NCBI RefSeq assembly: GCF_009914755.1
Contig: NC_060928.1
Reading direction: 5' to 3' (one strand)
DNA from: the human T2T-CHM13v2.0 reference genome, Homo sapiens
Length of the DNA stretch: 64,000 bases
Shown: in pieces, positions 29,202-40,355 of the stretch
Layout: each line of letters starts with the position of its first letter
Numbering within the stretch: the stretch's first letter is position 1
Notes under the pieces: model-generated
Seen by the model: only the letters and a program-made list of their open reading frames with translations
The model's database searches: none
Told to the model about the DNA's origin: nothing
Position numbers and translations under genes: made by a program

Positions 29202-29461
29202 GGCAGCAAAGCGCAATGAAAAAGGCAAAACAGGCTATGAGTTAGAAACACCATTGCTATCCCAACTCTGCCTACTAGTAGAGGTGAATTTGAATGTGTA
29301 TTTAATCTATCTATATATTTTTGCCTCATTTGTAAAATGAGAGTAACAGTCATTTAATTCTTTAGGTTTTGATGAGAAACATTCAATGACATTACATTTG
29401 GAAGCACTCAGTACCGTGTTGGCCATGTATTAAATATCTAATAATTGGTCATAGTTATTAT
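29202..29461 (+). mobile_element. MIR SINE
   Basis: 'atcccaactctgcctactag...cctcatttgtaaaatgagagtaacagt...gaagcactcagtaccgtgttggccat'. Confidence 0.7.
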
Positions 29462-30153
29462 GAACAATTGGTTTGATTCATTTCAGTATGACAGGATATT
29501 TGGTCTTGGGTTTTCTTTTTTCAGCATGATATGATCAGTTTTTTTTCTAAAATTATAATGATTTTATGTTGTAGATAAAACAGGTATTAAAGTTATTTCT
29601 TAGTTTACATCATAGCACAGAAAGAGTGACATCTTTATTCTGTAACTGTTTATTCAATGCTGTTGAAGGCAGTTATATTGCACACAGTCTCTACACGACT
29701 GGCACTGATGAAATTGTGCCTGTCCCCTAGGTTAGGTTACATGAATTTTGTTTCTGCCCACCTGCTGTGTGTCCATACACATAGCACTTTGATAGATGTT
29801 ACACCTTCCTGTCTTTGAAGAAGGAATCTTGTCCAGAAGAGAAAAGAGAAACACTTAAAATGGCTTGGAAACAATGGCAAAGTCAACAAAAGCAAATCAT
29901 TGTGTTAGAAGATAAATATAATTGGTGAGAGAAGACAGTTGAGTGTGAGAGATTCTCAGAGAAGGTGGGTTTGAGTTGAACATGAAAAAGGTGATGAGCA
30001 TGGACTTTTGAAAATTAGCTGTTTGTTTGTGTGTCCTAAACAATTCAAAAGTTGTCAATAAAAAATATCTATTATAGCCATAAAATGGAAATAAAGTAAT
30101 TCTTAGTGTGAAAAAATATAAACCTGTATTGTGACCCTTTATGAGCTGAGAAT

Positions 30154-30606
30154 TTTCATGTGCGTCCATGTGAAGAGACCACCAAACAGGCTTTGTGTGA
30201 GCAACATGGCTGTTTATTTCACCTGGGTGCAGGCGGGCTGAGTCCGAAAAGAGAGTCAGCGAAGGGAGATAGGGGTGAGGCTGTTTTATAAGATTTGGGT
30301 AGGTAAAGGAGAATTACAGTCAAAGGGGGTTTGTTCTCTGGCGGGCAGGAGTGGGGGTCACAAGGTGCTCAGTGAGGGAGCTTTCTGAGCCAGGATGAGC
30401 CAGGAAAAGGACTTTCACAAGGTAATGTCATCATTTAAGGCAAGGACCGCCCATTTACACTTCTTTTATGGTGGAATATCATCAGTTAAGGCGGGGCAGG
30501 GCATATTCATTTCTTTTGTGATTCTTCAGTTATTTCAGGCCATCTGGGCCTATACGTGCAAGTCACAGGGGATGCGATGGCTTGGCTTGGGCTCAGAGGC
30601 CTGACA
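30154..30606 (-). repeat. HERV-H 3' LTR (LTR7)
   Basis: The minus strand reads TGTCAGGCCTCTGAGCCCAAGC...CATGAAA, with AATAAA at 30213-30218. It is preceded on the minus strand by the polypurine tract AGAAGGCAGGAA (30607-30618). Confidence 0.97.
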
Positions 30607-30619
30607 TTCCTGCCTTCTT

Positions 30620-31187
30620 ATATTAATAAGAAAAATAAAACAAAATAGTGTTGAAGTGTTGGGGTGGCGAAATTTTTTGGGGGATGGTATGGAGAGATAA
30701 TGGGCGATGTTTCTCAGGGCTGCTTCAAGTGGGATTAGGGGTGGCGTGGGAACCTAGAGTGGGAGACATTAAGCTGAAGGGAGGTCTTGTGGTGAGGGGT
30801 AATATTATGGGGTTGTTAGAAGAATTATTTAGAATTGTTGGTGATGGCCTGGATACAGTTTTGTATGAATTGAAAAACTAAATGGAATAAGAGAAGGAGA
30901 AAAACAGGTATAAGAGGTCTAAGAATTGGGAGGACCCAGGACATCTGATTAGAGAGTGCCTAAGGGATTCAGCATAGTCCTGCCAGCAAAGATTATTTAT
31001 TTACTTCAAGAGTTAAGAGTGGCAGTTTGGGGATAGTACCAGGAGATATCAGCTGTGATGGCTTGGAGAAACAGTGTAAACTGGCAGTGTAAACAAGAGC
31101 AGGACATGTATGAGTAGTTGAGAACGGTGAATAGGAGTATGACTAGACAGAAGATAGTAGAGATGACAAGTTTTTTTGGGGCACAGT
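30620..31187 (-). pseudogene. env: HERV-H env remnant (largely deleted)
   Basis: Only ~570 bp lie between the integrase end and the PPT. A hydrophobic TM-like remnant (PVFLLLLF) and an 'FIQNCIQAITNN' tail are present, with no long ORF. Confidence 0.7.
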
Positions 31188-33599
31188 CTAAGTTGGTCTG
31201 GTGTCTGGAATGAGACTGGGGCCTAATAAAAAGGAGCGTCTATACAGGAGCTCAAATGGGCTGTACCCTGTAGCATTCTGAGGACAAGTCTGACTTCTGA
31301 GAAGGGAAAGTGGTAAAAGTATTGTCCAGTCCTTTTTAAGTTGGTGGCTGAGCTTGGTGAGGTGTGTTTTTAAAAGACCATTAGTCTGTTCTACTTTTCC
31401 TGAAGACTGAGGACTGTAAGGGATATAAAGTTTCACTGAATACTAACAGTCTGAAAAACTGCTTGGCTGATTTGACTAATAAAGGCCGGTCTGCTATCAG
31501 ACTGTATAGAGGTGGGAAGGCCAAACTGAGGAATTATGTCTGACGGAAGGGAATAAATGACTACCGTGGCCTTCTCAGACCCTGTAGGAAAGGCCTTTAC
31601 TTATTCAGTGAAAGTGTCTACCTAGACTAAGAGGTATTTTAGTTTCCTGATTCAGGACATGTTGAATAAAGCTAATTTGCCAGTCCTGGGCGGGGGCAAA
31701 TCCCTGAGCTTGATGTGTAGGGAAGGGAAGGGGCCTGAATAATCCCTGAGGAGTAGTAGAATAGCAGATGGAACACTGAGAAGTTATTTCCTTGAGGATA
31801 GAGTTCCACAATGGAAAGGAAATGAGAGGTTCTAAGAGGTGGGCTAGTGGCTTGTACTATAGCGTAGCCTGCCTTTGCTGGTGTGTGGTGATTAGGCCTG
31901 GTGGAACTGCCATCAATAAATCAAGTGTGATCAGGGTGAGAAACAGGGAAGAAGGAAATGTGGAGAAATGGGGTGAACGTCAGGTGGATCAGAGAGATGC
32001 AGTCATGAGGGTCAGGTGTGGTATCCGGAATAATGTGGAGGCCGGATTGAAGTACGGGCCAGGAACAATGGTAATTGTGGGAGACTCAACAGAGTGAGTA
32101 TAGCTGAAGGAGCCAGGGAGCAGAAAGTATATGCATCAGGTGTGAGGAAGAAAATAGATTTTGGAAATTATGAGAGATGTAGAGAGTAAGTTGAGCATAG
32201 TTTGTGATTTTAAGGGCCTCTAAAAGTATTAGGGCGGCAGCAGCCACTGCACGGAGACATGATGGCCAGCCTTAAACAATAAGGCCAAGTTGTTTGGACA
32301 AAAAGGCTACAGGACACGATCCCGGTCCTTGTGTACAGCCCTGCACTTTGGCTGTGTGTAATGAAAAGGGTTGGGATGAGTCAGGGAGAGCTAGAGTGGG
32401 GGCAGTCTCTAAAGCTGTCTTCAAGGAATGGAAAGAGGAGTGGGGAAAGGATTTAGGATCTATGGGGTCAACTAGGTTTCCTTTTGTGAGTTTATATAAT
32501 GGTTTTGTTAGGATGGCAAAGCCAGGTATCCAAAGGTGAAAATATCTAACTATGCCTAGGATGTAGAAGGTGTTGGGGTTTGAGAGATCAGTCAGACACT
32601 ATCGGCAGGGAGAGCAAGTGTGTTTCTATAAGAATTACGCTGAGACAGGTAACAGGTGAGGAAGAAATTTGGGCTTGACTGAAGTAATGGGGGATGTCTG
32701 TGAAGCCTTGCGGCAGTACAGCCCAGGTAATTTGCTGAGCCTGATGGGTGTTGGGGTCAGTCCAAGTGAAAGTGAAGAGAGGCTGGGATGGGATGAAGGG
32801 TGCAAAGGAATAGCAAAGAAAGCATGTTTGAGATCTAGAACAGAATAATGGATTGTGGAGGGAGGTAATGAGGATATGAGAGTATATGGGTTTGGCACCA
32901 CGGGGTGGATAGGCAAAACAATTTGGTTGATAAGGCGCAGATCCTGAACTAACCTGTAAGTCTTGTCTGGTTCTAGGACAGGTAAAATGGGGGAATTGTA
33001 AGGAGAGTTTATAGGCTTTAAAAGGCCATGCTGTAGCAGGCGAGTGATAACAGGCTTTAATCCTTTTAAAGCGTGCTGTGAGATGGGATCTTGGCATTGA
33101 GCGGGGTAAGGGTGATTAGGTTTTAATGAGATGGTAAGGGGTGCATGATCAGTCACCAAGAAGGGAGTAGAGGTATCTTATACTTGTGGGTTTAGGGTGG
33201 GGGGATACAAGAGGAGGTCGCAAAGGAGGCTTCGGACTGGGAAGAAGGGCGGCAATGAGATGTAGCTGTAGTCCAGGAATAGTCAGGGAAGCACATAATT
33301 TAGTTAAAGTGTCTCAGCCTAACAAGGGAACTGGGCAGGTGGGGATAACTAAAAAGGAGTGCTTAAAAGAGTATTGTCTCAGTTGGCACTAGAGTGGGGG
33401 AGTTTTAAGAGGTTTAGAAGCCTGGCCGTCAATACCCACAAGAGTTATGGAGGCAAGGGAAACAGGCCCTTGAAAAGAAGGTAATGTGGAGTGGGTAGCC
33501 TCCGTATTGATTAAGAAGGGGACAGACTTACCCTCCACTGTGAGAGTTACCTAGAGTGTCTGTGATGGTCCTGTAGGCTTCTGAGGTGATTGGACAGTG
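31188..33599 (-). pseudogene. pol: HERV-H pro-pol, disrupted
   Basis: Protease motifs are PFLINTEATH (DTG changed to NTE) and LLG*D. RT motifs are PYNSPILPV, YRLVQDLRLIN, VLDLKHAFF and WAVLPQGF. Integrase motifs are CSIC and PQSSGKVEQTNGLLK. There are multiple frameshifts and stops. Confidence 0.95.
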
Positions 33600-34807
33600 T
33601 CAGTCTTCAGCTGCTAAGCGGAGAAGATCTGGGAAGGAGTCAGTCAGCCTTGGGCCAGAGTTACAGGGGCTCTGGGAGTGGTTGCCAAGTGAGTTGAACA
33701 GTCCAATTTCCAGTGGGGTCCCGCACAGATGGGACACAGCTTAGGAGGAATCCCGGGCTGTGGGCATTCCTTGGCCCAGTGGCCAGATTTCTGGCACTTG
33801 TAGCAAGCTCCTGGGGGAGGAGGTTCTGGAGGAATGCCTGGCCACTGCAGTTCAGGCGTTTGGAAGTTCTTGTGTGCTGGAGATGTGCCTGGGGTTTGTC
33901 TTACAGTGGAGGCAAGGAATTGCAACTTTTTTCTATTACTGTACACCTTGAAGGTGAGGTTAATTAAATCCTGTTGTGGGGTTTGAGGGCCGGAATTTAA
34001 TTTTTGGAGTTTTATTTAATGTTGGGAGCAGATTGGGTAATAAAATGTATATTGAGAATAAGACGGCCTTTTGACCTTTTAGGGTCTCGGGCTGTAAAGC
34101 ATCTCAGGGTTGCTGCCAAATGAGCCATGAACTGGGCTGGATTTTTATATTTAATGAAAAAGAGCGTAAACGCTATCTGATTTGGGATAAAGAAAAAGGA
34201 GCACTAACCTTGACTATGCCTTTAGCTCCAGCCACCTTTTTAAGAGTAAATTGCTGGGCAGGTGGGGGAGAGCTAAGTCACGGAATGAAACTGTAAGCTG
34301 GACTGGGTGTGAGGAGGGGAGGTGATAAAAGGATTATAGGGTGGAGGAGCAGAGGCTGAGGAAGAATTGGGACCTAGCTCGGCCTGGCGAGGAGGGGAGA
34401 GGTCAGATGGGTCTGTAGAAAAGGAAGATTAGAAAGACTCAGCGACGCTTGGGGTTGGGACTGAGGGGACAAGCGGGAGGGAAAGAAGGAAGATTTGGGA
34501 TGAGTTGCATTGGGCACAGAGACTAGGAAGGGACTGATGTGTAAAAGAATGCCTGGACGTCAGGCACCTCAGACTGTTTGCCTATTTTATGACAAGAATT
34601 ATTTAGATCTTGCAGGATGGAAAAATTGAAAATGCCATTTTCTGGCTATTTGGAACTACTGTCGAGTTTGTATTGGGATCAAGCAGAATTGCAGAAGAAA
34701 ATAAGGCATTTAGGTTTTAGGTCAGGTGTGAGTTGAAGAGGTTTTAAGTTTTTGAGAACACAGGCTAAGGGAGAAGAAGGAGGAATGGAGGGTGGAAGGT
34801 TGCCCAT
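33600..34807 (-). pseudogene. gag: HERV-H gag, disrupted
   Basis: Starts MGNLPPSIPPSSPLACVLKNL at ATG 34807. Two zinc knuckles ([27 protein letters not shown]) lie in ORF 33644-33946. The frame is broken by stops and frameshifts. Confidence 0.93.
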
Positions 34808-34901
34808 AGCGAAGGAGGCAAGTTTAAAGAAAAGGGTGAGTAGAGACACGGAGGGAAGTGGTTCAGGGGTTCTTACCCTCCAGAAAAGCAGGAAAGGGGT
34901 T

Positions 34902-35050
34902 GGGGCACAGAGATATGAGGTCAGGGCATGGAAATAAGGGATCAGGTTGCAGAGATATAAGAGGCTGGGGCGCAGAAATAAGGGATCGGGGCACGGAGAT
35001 ATAAGAGGTCGGGACACGGAAATAAGGGATCTGGGTGCAGAGATACAAGG
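34902..35050. repeat. ~42-44 bp tandem repeat (about 3.5 copies) in the HERV-H 5' leader
   Basis: Unit approximately ggggcacagagatataagaggtcggggcacggaaataagggatc, repeated with substitutions. Confidence 0.85.
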
Positions 35051-35642
35051 TTGGGGTACTTGCCCCTCCCCTAGAAAAGCGAGACTTGTCGCTAAGAGTG
35101 AAGGAGAAGGAGTTGGGGGTTTCTTGCCCCCCAGAAAGGTGGAGAAGGGGTAGAGACACGGAGAGAAGGGGTTGGGGTACTTGCCCCTCCCCCAGGAAAG
35201 CGGGACTTGCCGCTAAGGGTGAAGGACCAAGGCAGGCATCCCAGCATGGCCTGACACCTCTGAAACGTGGGTGAATAATCAGAGGGGCGTCCCTGCAATG
35301 ATTCAACACCAAGGGAAGGCTGCCTTCCCAGACCGTGACCGGCACTGGAGTTTTGGGTCCACGGATAAAACATGTCTCCTTTGTCTCTACCAGAAAATGA
35401 AAGGAATTGAAATTAAGAGAAGGGAGAGATTGAAGTGTAGCACCAAGATTGAAAGGAGAAAGAGGCTGAGGGATAGTGAGGGAGGTTGGAGAAGAGAGTA
35501 AAAAGAGGTTGCTTACTGGATTTGAAATTGGTGAGATGTTTCTTGGGCTGGTTGGTCTGAGGACCTGAGGTCATAGGTGGATCTTTCTCATGGAGCAAAG
35601 AGCAGGAGGACAGGGGATTCATGTCCCAAGGGAGGTCCCCCG

Positions 35643-35660
35643 ATCCGAGTCACGGCACCA
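35643..35660 (-). other. Primer-binding site complementary to tRNA-His(GUG)
   Basis: The plus strand ATCCGAGTCACGGCACCA equals the 3'-terminal 18 nt of tRNA-His including CCA, and lies 2 nt from the 5' LTR. Confidence 0.97.
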
Positions 35661-35662
35661 AA

Positions 35663-36115
35663 TTTCATGCGCGTCCATGTGAAGAGACCACCAAACAGGC
35701 TTTGTGTGAGCAACATGGCTGTTTATTTCACCTGGGTGCAGGCAGGCTGAGTCTGAAAAGAGATTCAGTGAAGGGAGATAGGGGTGGGGCTGTTTTATAA
35801 GATTTGGGTAGGTAAAGGAAAATTACAGTCAAAGGGGGTTTGTTCTCTGGCGGGCAGGAGTGGGGGTCGCAAGGTGCTCAGTGGGGGAGGTTTTTGAGCC
35901 AGGATGAGCCAGGAAAAGGACTTTCACAAGGTAGTGTCATCACTTAAGGCAAGGACCGGCCATTTTCACTTCTTTTGTGGTGGGATGTCATCAGTTAAGG
36001 CGGGTCAGGGCATATTCACTTCTTTTGTGATTTTTCAGTTACTTCAGGCCATGTGGGCGTATATGTGCACGTCACAGGAGGTGCGATGGCTTGGCTTGGG
36101 CTCAGAGGCCTGACA
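35663..36115 (-). promoter_or_regulatory. HERV-H 5' LTR (LTR7) promoter/enhancer
   Basis: 453 bp. On the minus strand it has TATAAAA at 35793-35799 and a 50-bp U3 duplication carrying two ACAAAAG motifs (35972-35978, 36022-36028). It differs from the 3' LTR by about 28 substitutions and no indels (manual count). Confidence 0.93.
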
Positions 36116-36239
36116 AGAATAATGTTAATCATGTTTACTCCTTCATTTTATTCAATAGATATGTTTCATTTACATGTACTAGTTGTTATTCTAAAATTGG
36201 TTTGTCCAGTTTTACTTTTTTATCTTTTATATTACTTGT

Positions 36240-36365
36240 GCTATCCTTTTATTTTTATTTTTATACAAATGATAAAACTGAAGCTCTGAAAAATAAGTAC
36301 CTTACTCAAAGTTACACATGGTATGGAAGATCTAGAATTGAAACTCATCTGTTTGACCATAAACC
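36240..36365 (-). mobile_element. MIR fragment
   Basis: 'tttatacaaatgataaaactgaagctctgaaaaataagtaccttactcaaagttacaca...agaattgaaactcatctgtttgac'. Confidence 0.7.
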
Positions 36366-36604
36366 TATTTGTATACCATGTAGACTCATTAAAAATAAGT
36401 TAATTTATAGACCTTAGGGAAATGCTAAAAAGAAAATTTTCTTCTTCTTAGCAAATTTTTCAGTCCTCCAGTAATAGGTGAATCTCTGTGTGTTTTTAAC
36501 TAACTGTATGTATTAGATGTGTGAGATCAAAATCAGTGGGTTACTTAGAACAGTTTGGTGAGAAAAATAAACTTCCTACAATAAACATGGTTTACAAAAG
36601 GAAA

Positions 36605-37033
36605 TGTAAACGAGAAAGTGTCTGAGATAGGTCTCAAATCAATTTTGAAGTTTATTTTGCTAAGGTTAAGGATGTACCTGGGAGAGAGGTCTGTGCCTTT
36701 CTCCAAAGATGTTTTTGAGGGCTTAAATATTTATAGGGGAAAAGTGGGCTGGAGGGGAAAAATGGAGGGTATGGCAATCCACATGTTGCAGGAGAAAATG
36801 AGCAGGCAGGGGAATAGTCAATTATCTATTCATCTGGAGCTGAGTAAATCAGCACTTTACATAAGATAAAGTGAGCACAGAGTAGCTGCCTGTGGAGATA
36901 TTTAACCTTTTATATCTAGCTCTCTGCTTAGGAACAAAAGGAAAGGCAGTTTCTTGCATGACTCAGCTTTCAGCTTAATTTTATTCTTTGGGCATAGATA
37001 ATTGGGGTCCTGAGTTTTTATTTTCCTTTCACA
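36605..37033 (-). repeat. MER4C-like 3' LTR
   Basis: The minus strand starts TGTGAAAGGAAAATAAAAACTCAGGACCCCAATT and ends TTTACA. It is roughly 84-85% identical to 44822-45247 (manual count). Confidence 0.88.
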
Positions 37034-38682
37034 TTTCTCCCACAATTTAAAAAAAATCTTTAAGAGAAAGCATTTTAGAAGAAATTGAGTCTCTGGTCTC
37101 AGGTTTTGTCTGATGACTCATGGTTGGGATTGTTTATTCCTAGACAGATAGGTCCCACATTGTTAGGAAAGCTCATTTTTAGCAGGTTGTGGCGTCTCAT
37201 GTCCCATGAGGAAAATATAGTGGGAACAAGAGAGAAATAAAACAACACACAAACAAAACAAAACAAAACAAAACAAAAAAAGAGGGAAGAACAAGCCTGG
37301 AAAACTGAAATAGGTCATATTACCCTGAAGTCTACACATCAGTAGGTAGGTATGAAAGTGGTTTGTGTATATAAATAGGATGCTGTTATTGTCTTCTGAA
37401 GTTTAAGTTGTTAGCTTCAGTTCACAGGGCTTTAAGAATAGCAGAACTTAATTTTTCATGTTTTCAAATCAGGAAAAGTGGGGAGAAAAGGAAAAGAAAA
37501 AAAGGAAAAACATTGAAAACATTATTTTGGACTGAATTTGTCCAAATGGTAGACAATAGTAAAAATTGAAAAGAATTAGGCAAGGCTAGAATCTAATTGT
37601 AGAAAATAATAATAATTGAAAAGAATTAGACAAAGCTGGAATCTAATAACAGCTGTACTATAGTTTATTTTGAAACCTGATTTCTCTCTCTCCAATTGCC
37701 CATTTTTATTAAAGACAAAATCATAGAAGGATCAATTTATTTGTAAAATAAGTTTTAGTACTATCATTCTTGGCTTGATTCTTTGCATAAAGTGCAGCAA
37801 GAATAATCATTTGTCATATAAGCTCACTGTTTTTTTTTAATTGGCTTTACTGGAACATATTTCATAAGGTGTCTAAAACTACATCTTTTTAAAAGCCTCA
37901 AGCCCAGACAAAGATTTCTCTGTGCCTGAAGTGAATTTCTCTGTGCCTTTCTGTGTGAATTGGGTTAATTTCTCTCTTTTTAAGGTCTCAAGAAAACCTG
38001 GGGTTCCTGAGTGTGTCAGAAACTGACATTCTTTACTTACCACAGGTCAGAACCCTGTAAAGGACAAGGTATGGGGCCAGGTTTTCTAAGGAGCTTTCAT
38101 CAGCTCTATAGGTCAGCCCCATTTTCTCAAGGACATGTGAAAATATGTTATTCCAGTCAAAGCCTTGGTAAAATAACCAGTGTCTCCAACTATGCTCTGT
38201 TATAAAAGAAAACAGATTCTTACTGAACTTTTGCAAATCACTATATTGTCATAAATTAATAATACTCACAAAATAGCTTCCAAATTTTAGAGAAATTAGG
38301 TTGAGAGAAAGGAATTATGTTTTAAATTTTGCTCCTAAGAATATATTTTACTAAATTGTTAAGAGCTATAAATAGCTTAAAAGAACATAAAGTTTTTTGT
38401 GTGTCTGAAAAATAAAACAAAAAGAATCATCAAATGTTTTAAGTAAAAAGTCGTAAAACATTATTTCAACCTTCCATTAGTTCAGTTCATGCAATTAACT
38501 CCTGTTCTGCTTGATATTTAATTAATAATCCTTATGAATACTTCAGCTGTCTATGAAAGTCCTGGAAGTTTTTCTCTCCATTCCAATGGTACAATCTCTA
38601 AAGTTATCAGAAACTTGTATTTACAAGTGTGCCTCAGAGTTCCATAGCTGATTATAAACTGCCCTATTAAAGTATCAATGTT

Positions 38683-38976
<294 letters not shown>

Positions 38977-40049
38977 TTATCAAAGTTAAACAACAATTAT
39001 GGATGACAAAAGTCTTAGAAAAGCCACGAATGAAGAAACAGTTCATAAGGAAATTTGGTTACTTCTATGAAATACAACAATTTTATGTAATATCATAATT
39101 ATTACTGATGACATATGCAAATACATATCAGAATCACAGAACTCTCATATAATTTTGGATCATATACTAGTCACACGTTTATATAAATGTTATAATCCAA
39201 AGAAGGTTAAACACCATTTCATATTTTGCAATCCTTCCTGCATGATTTTATTATAGCAAATAAGCTGAATATGTGTCTTCTGAACTTCTGGAGACTTAAT
39301 ATAAAAAAAAATGAGATAAAAAATTTTGAATATGATTTTAAAGTGTCAAATATCAAAAGTTACTTGATATCACAAAATAGAACCACAGGTCCTTGTAAAA
39401 TAAGCAAATAATTTAGCCAAAGTGATAACGATTTCTTTAAAAAGGGAAAAAAAAACATTTATTCTATGAGAGAGGAGACTTAATATCTCAAACAACAAGT
39501 CTTAATAAAGACAGCAGGAGGCCAATTAAATCTGTCTCTCAAATCTTTGTTTATAACAAATCTATTAAATTTTAATCATCTTGACCATTAGACATAGTTT
39601 TGATAAGCCTTTTTTATAACCTTTTATTTTTTTCTTAAATTAAAAAGTAGGTTAATGCTCCAAGGAAACCTTGTTAATCTGACACAGGGGCCAAGATGCT
39701 GGGGTTGCATCAATGTGCCTTTGATATTAATATTTTCTTTAGAGAAAGACTCTGAATTAATATTCTCTCTCAAATTCAGCACTTACAATCTCACATGCCC
39801 AACTCTTCATGGTAGTTCCTGGGCTTAGAGTGGTTGAATAGTTTTAATTTCTGACCCTGTGTCTCAAGAACTTGTTTATTTTGTTTGTCATCTTCTCCTG
39901 GGTCTGAAAATGAGGCTTTAACTGTGGTCAGTGTTTAAGATTTAGCAGTATTTGCTGTTCTTTATAGACCCAGGAATCAAAGCCGTGTAACTTAATAGCA
40001 CAAAGACTTTAGAAGCAATACATAAAAAGTTACATGGATGTACTTAACT

Positions 40050-40355
40050 TTTCTTTCTTTTTTTTTTTTTTTTAGACAGAGTCTCACTCTTTTGCCCTGG
40101 CTGGTGTGCAGTGGTGCAATCTTGCTTCACTGAAGCTTCCAGCCTTCTTGGATCAAGCAATCCTCTCACCACAGCTTCCCAAGTAGCTGGCATGACAGTC
40201 ACATGCCACCCATCAAACCAATTTTTGTATTTTTTCTAAAGACAGGCATCTCACCATGTTTTCCAGGGTGGTCTCAAACTCCTGGGTTGAAGTGATCAAC
40301 CTGTCTTGACCTCCAAAAGTGCTGGGATTGTAGGCATGAGCCACTGTGCCCAGCC
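40050..40355 (-). mobile_element. Strongly diverged Alu (AluJ-like) inside the MER4 internal region
   Basis: A poly-T tail and reverse-complement dimer with J-type 'caagcaatcctctcacc' and 'ctcctgggttgaagtgatc'. It has many non-CpG substitutions. Confidence 0.9.

Larger units (their letters stand above)
30154..36115 (-). mobile_element. HERV-H provirus (LTR7-int-LTR7), common ~6 kb deleted form
   Basis: Two 453-bp LTRs, a perfect 5-bp TSD AGAAT (30149-30153 / 36116-36120), a tRNA-His PBS, a PPT, and gag zinc-knuckle, protease, RT and integrase remnants in order on the minus strand. Confidence 0.98.

Noticed and set aside
31188-35017. HERV-H ORFs as functional or domesticated genes
   Set aside because: All are short fragments (under 180 aa) broken by stops and frameshifts. 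The protease Asp and RT YxDD are missing and env is mostly deleted.
34902-35230. Regularly spaced repeats as a CRISPR-like array
   Set aside because: The units are contiguous and degenerate with no unique spacers and no cas genes. They sit in an ERV leader in primate DNA.
35643-35660. tRNA-His-like sequence as a tRNA gene
   Set aside because: Only the 3'-terminal 18 nt including CCA are present, next to an LTR. It is the retroviral PBS, not a cloverleaf gene.
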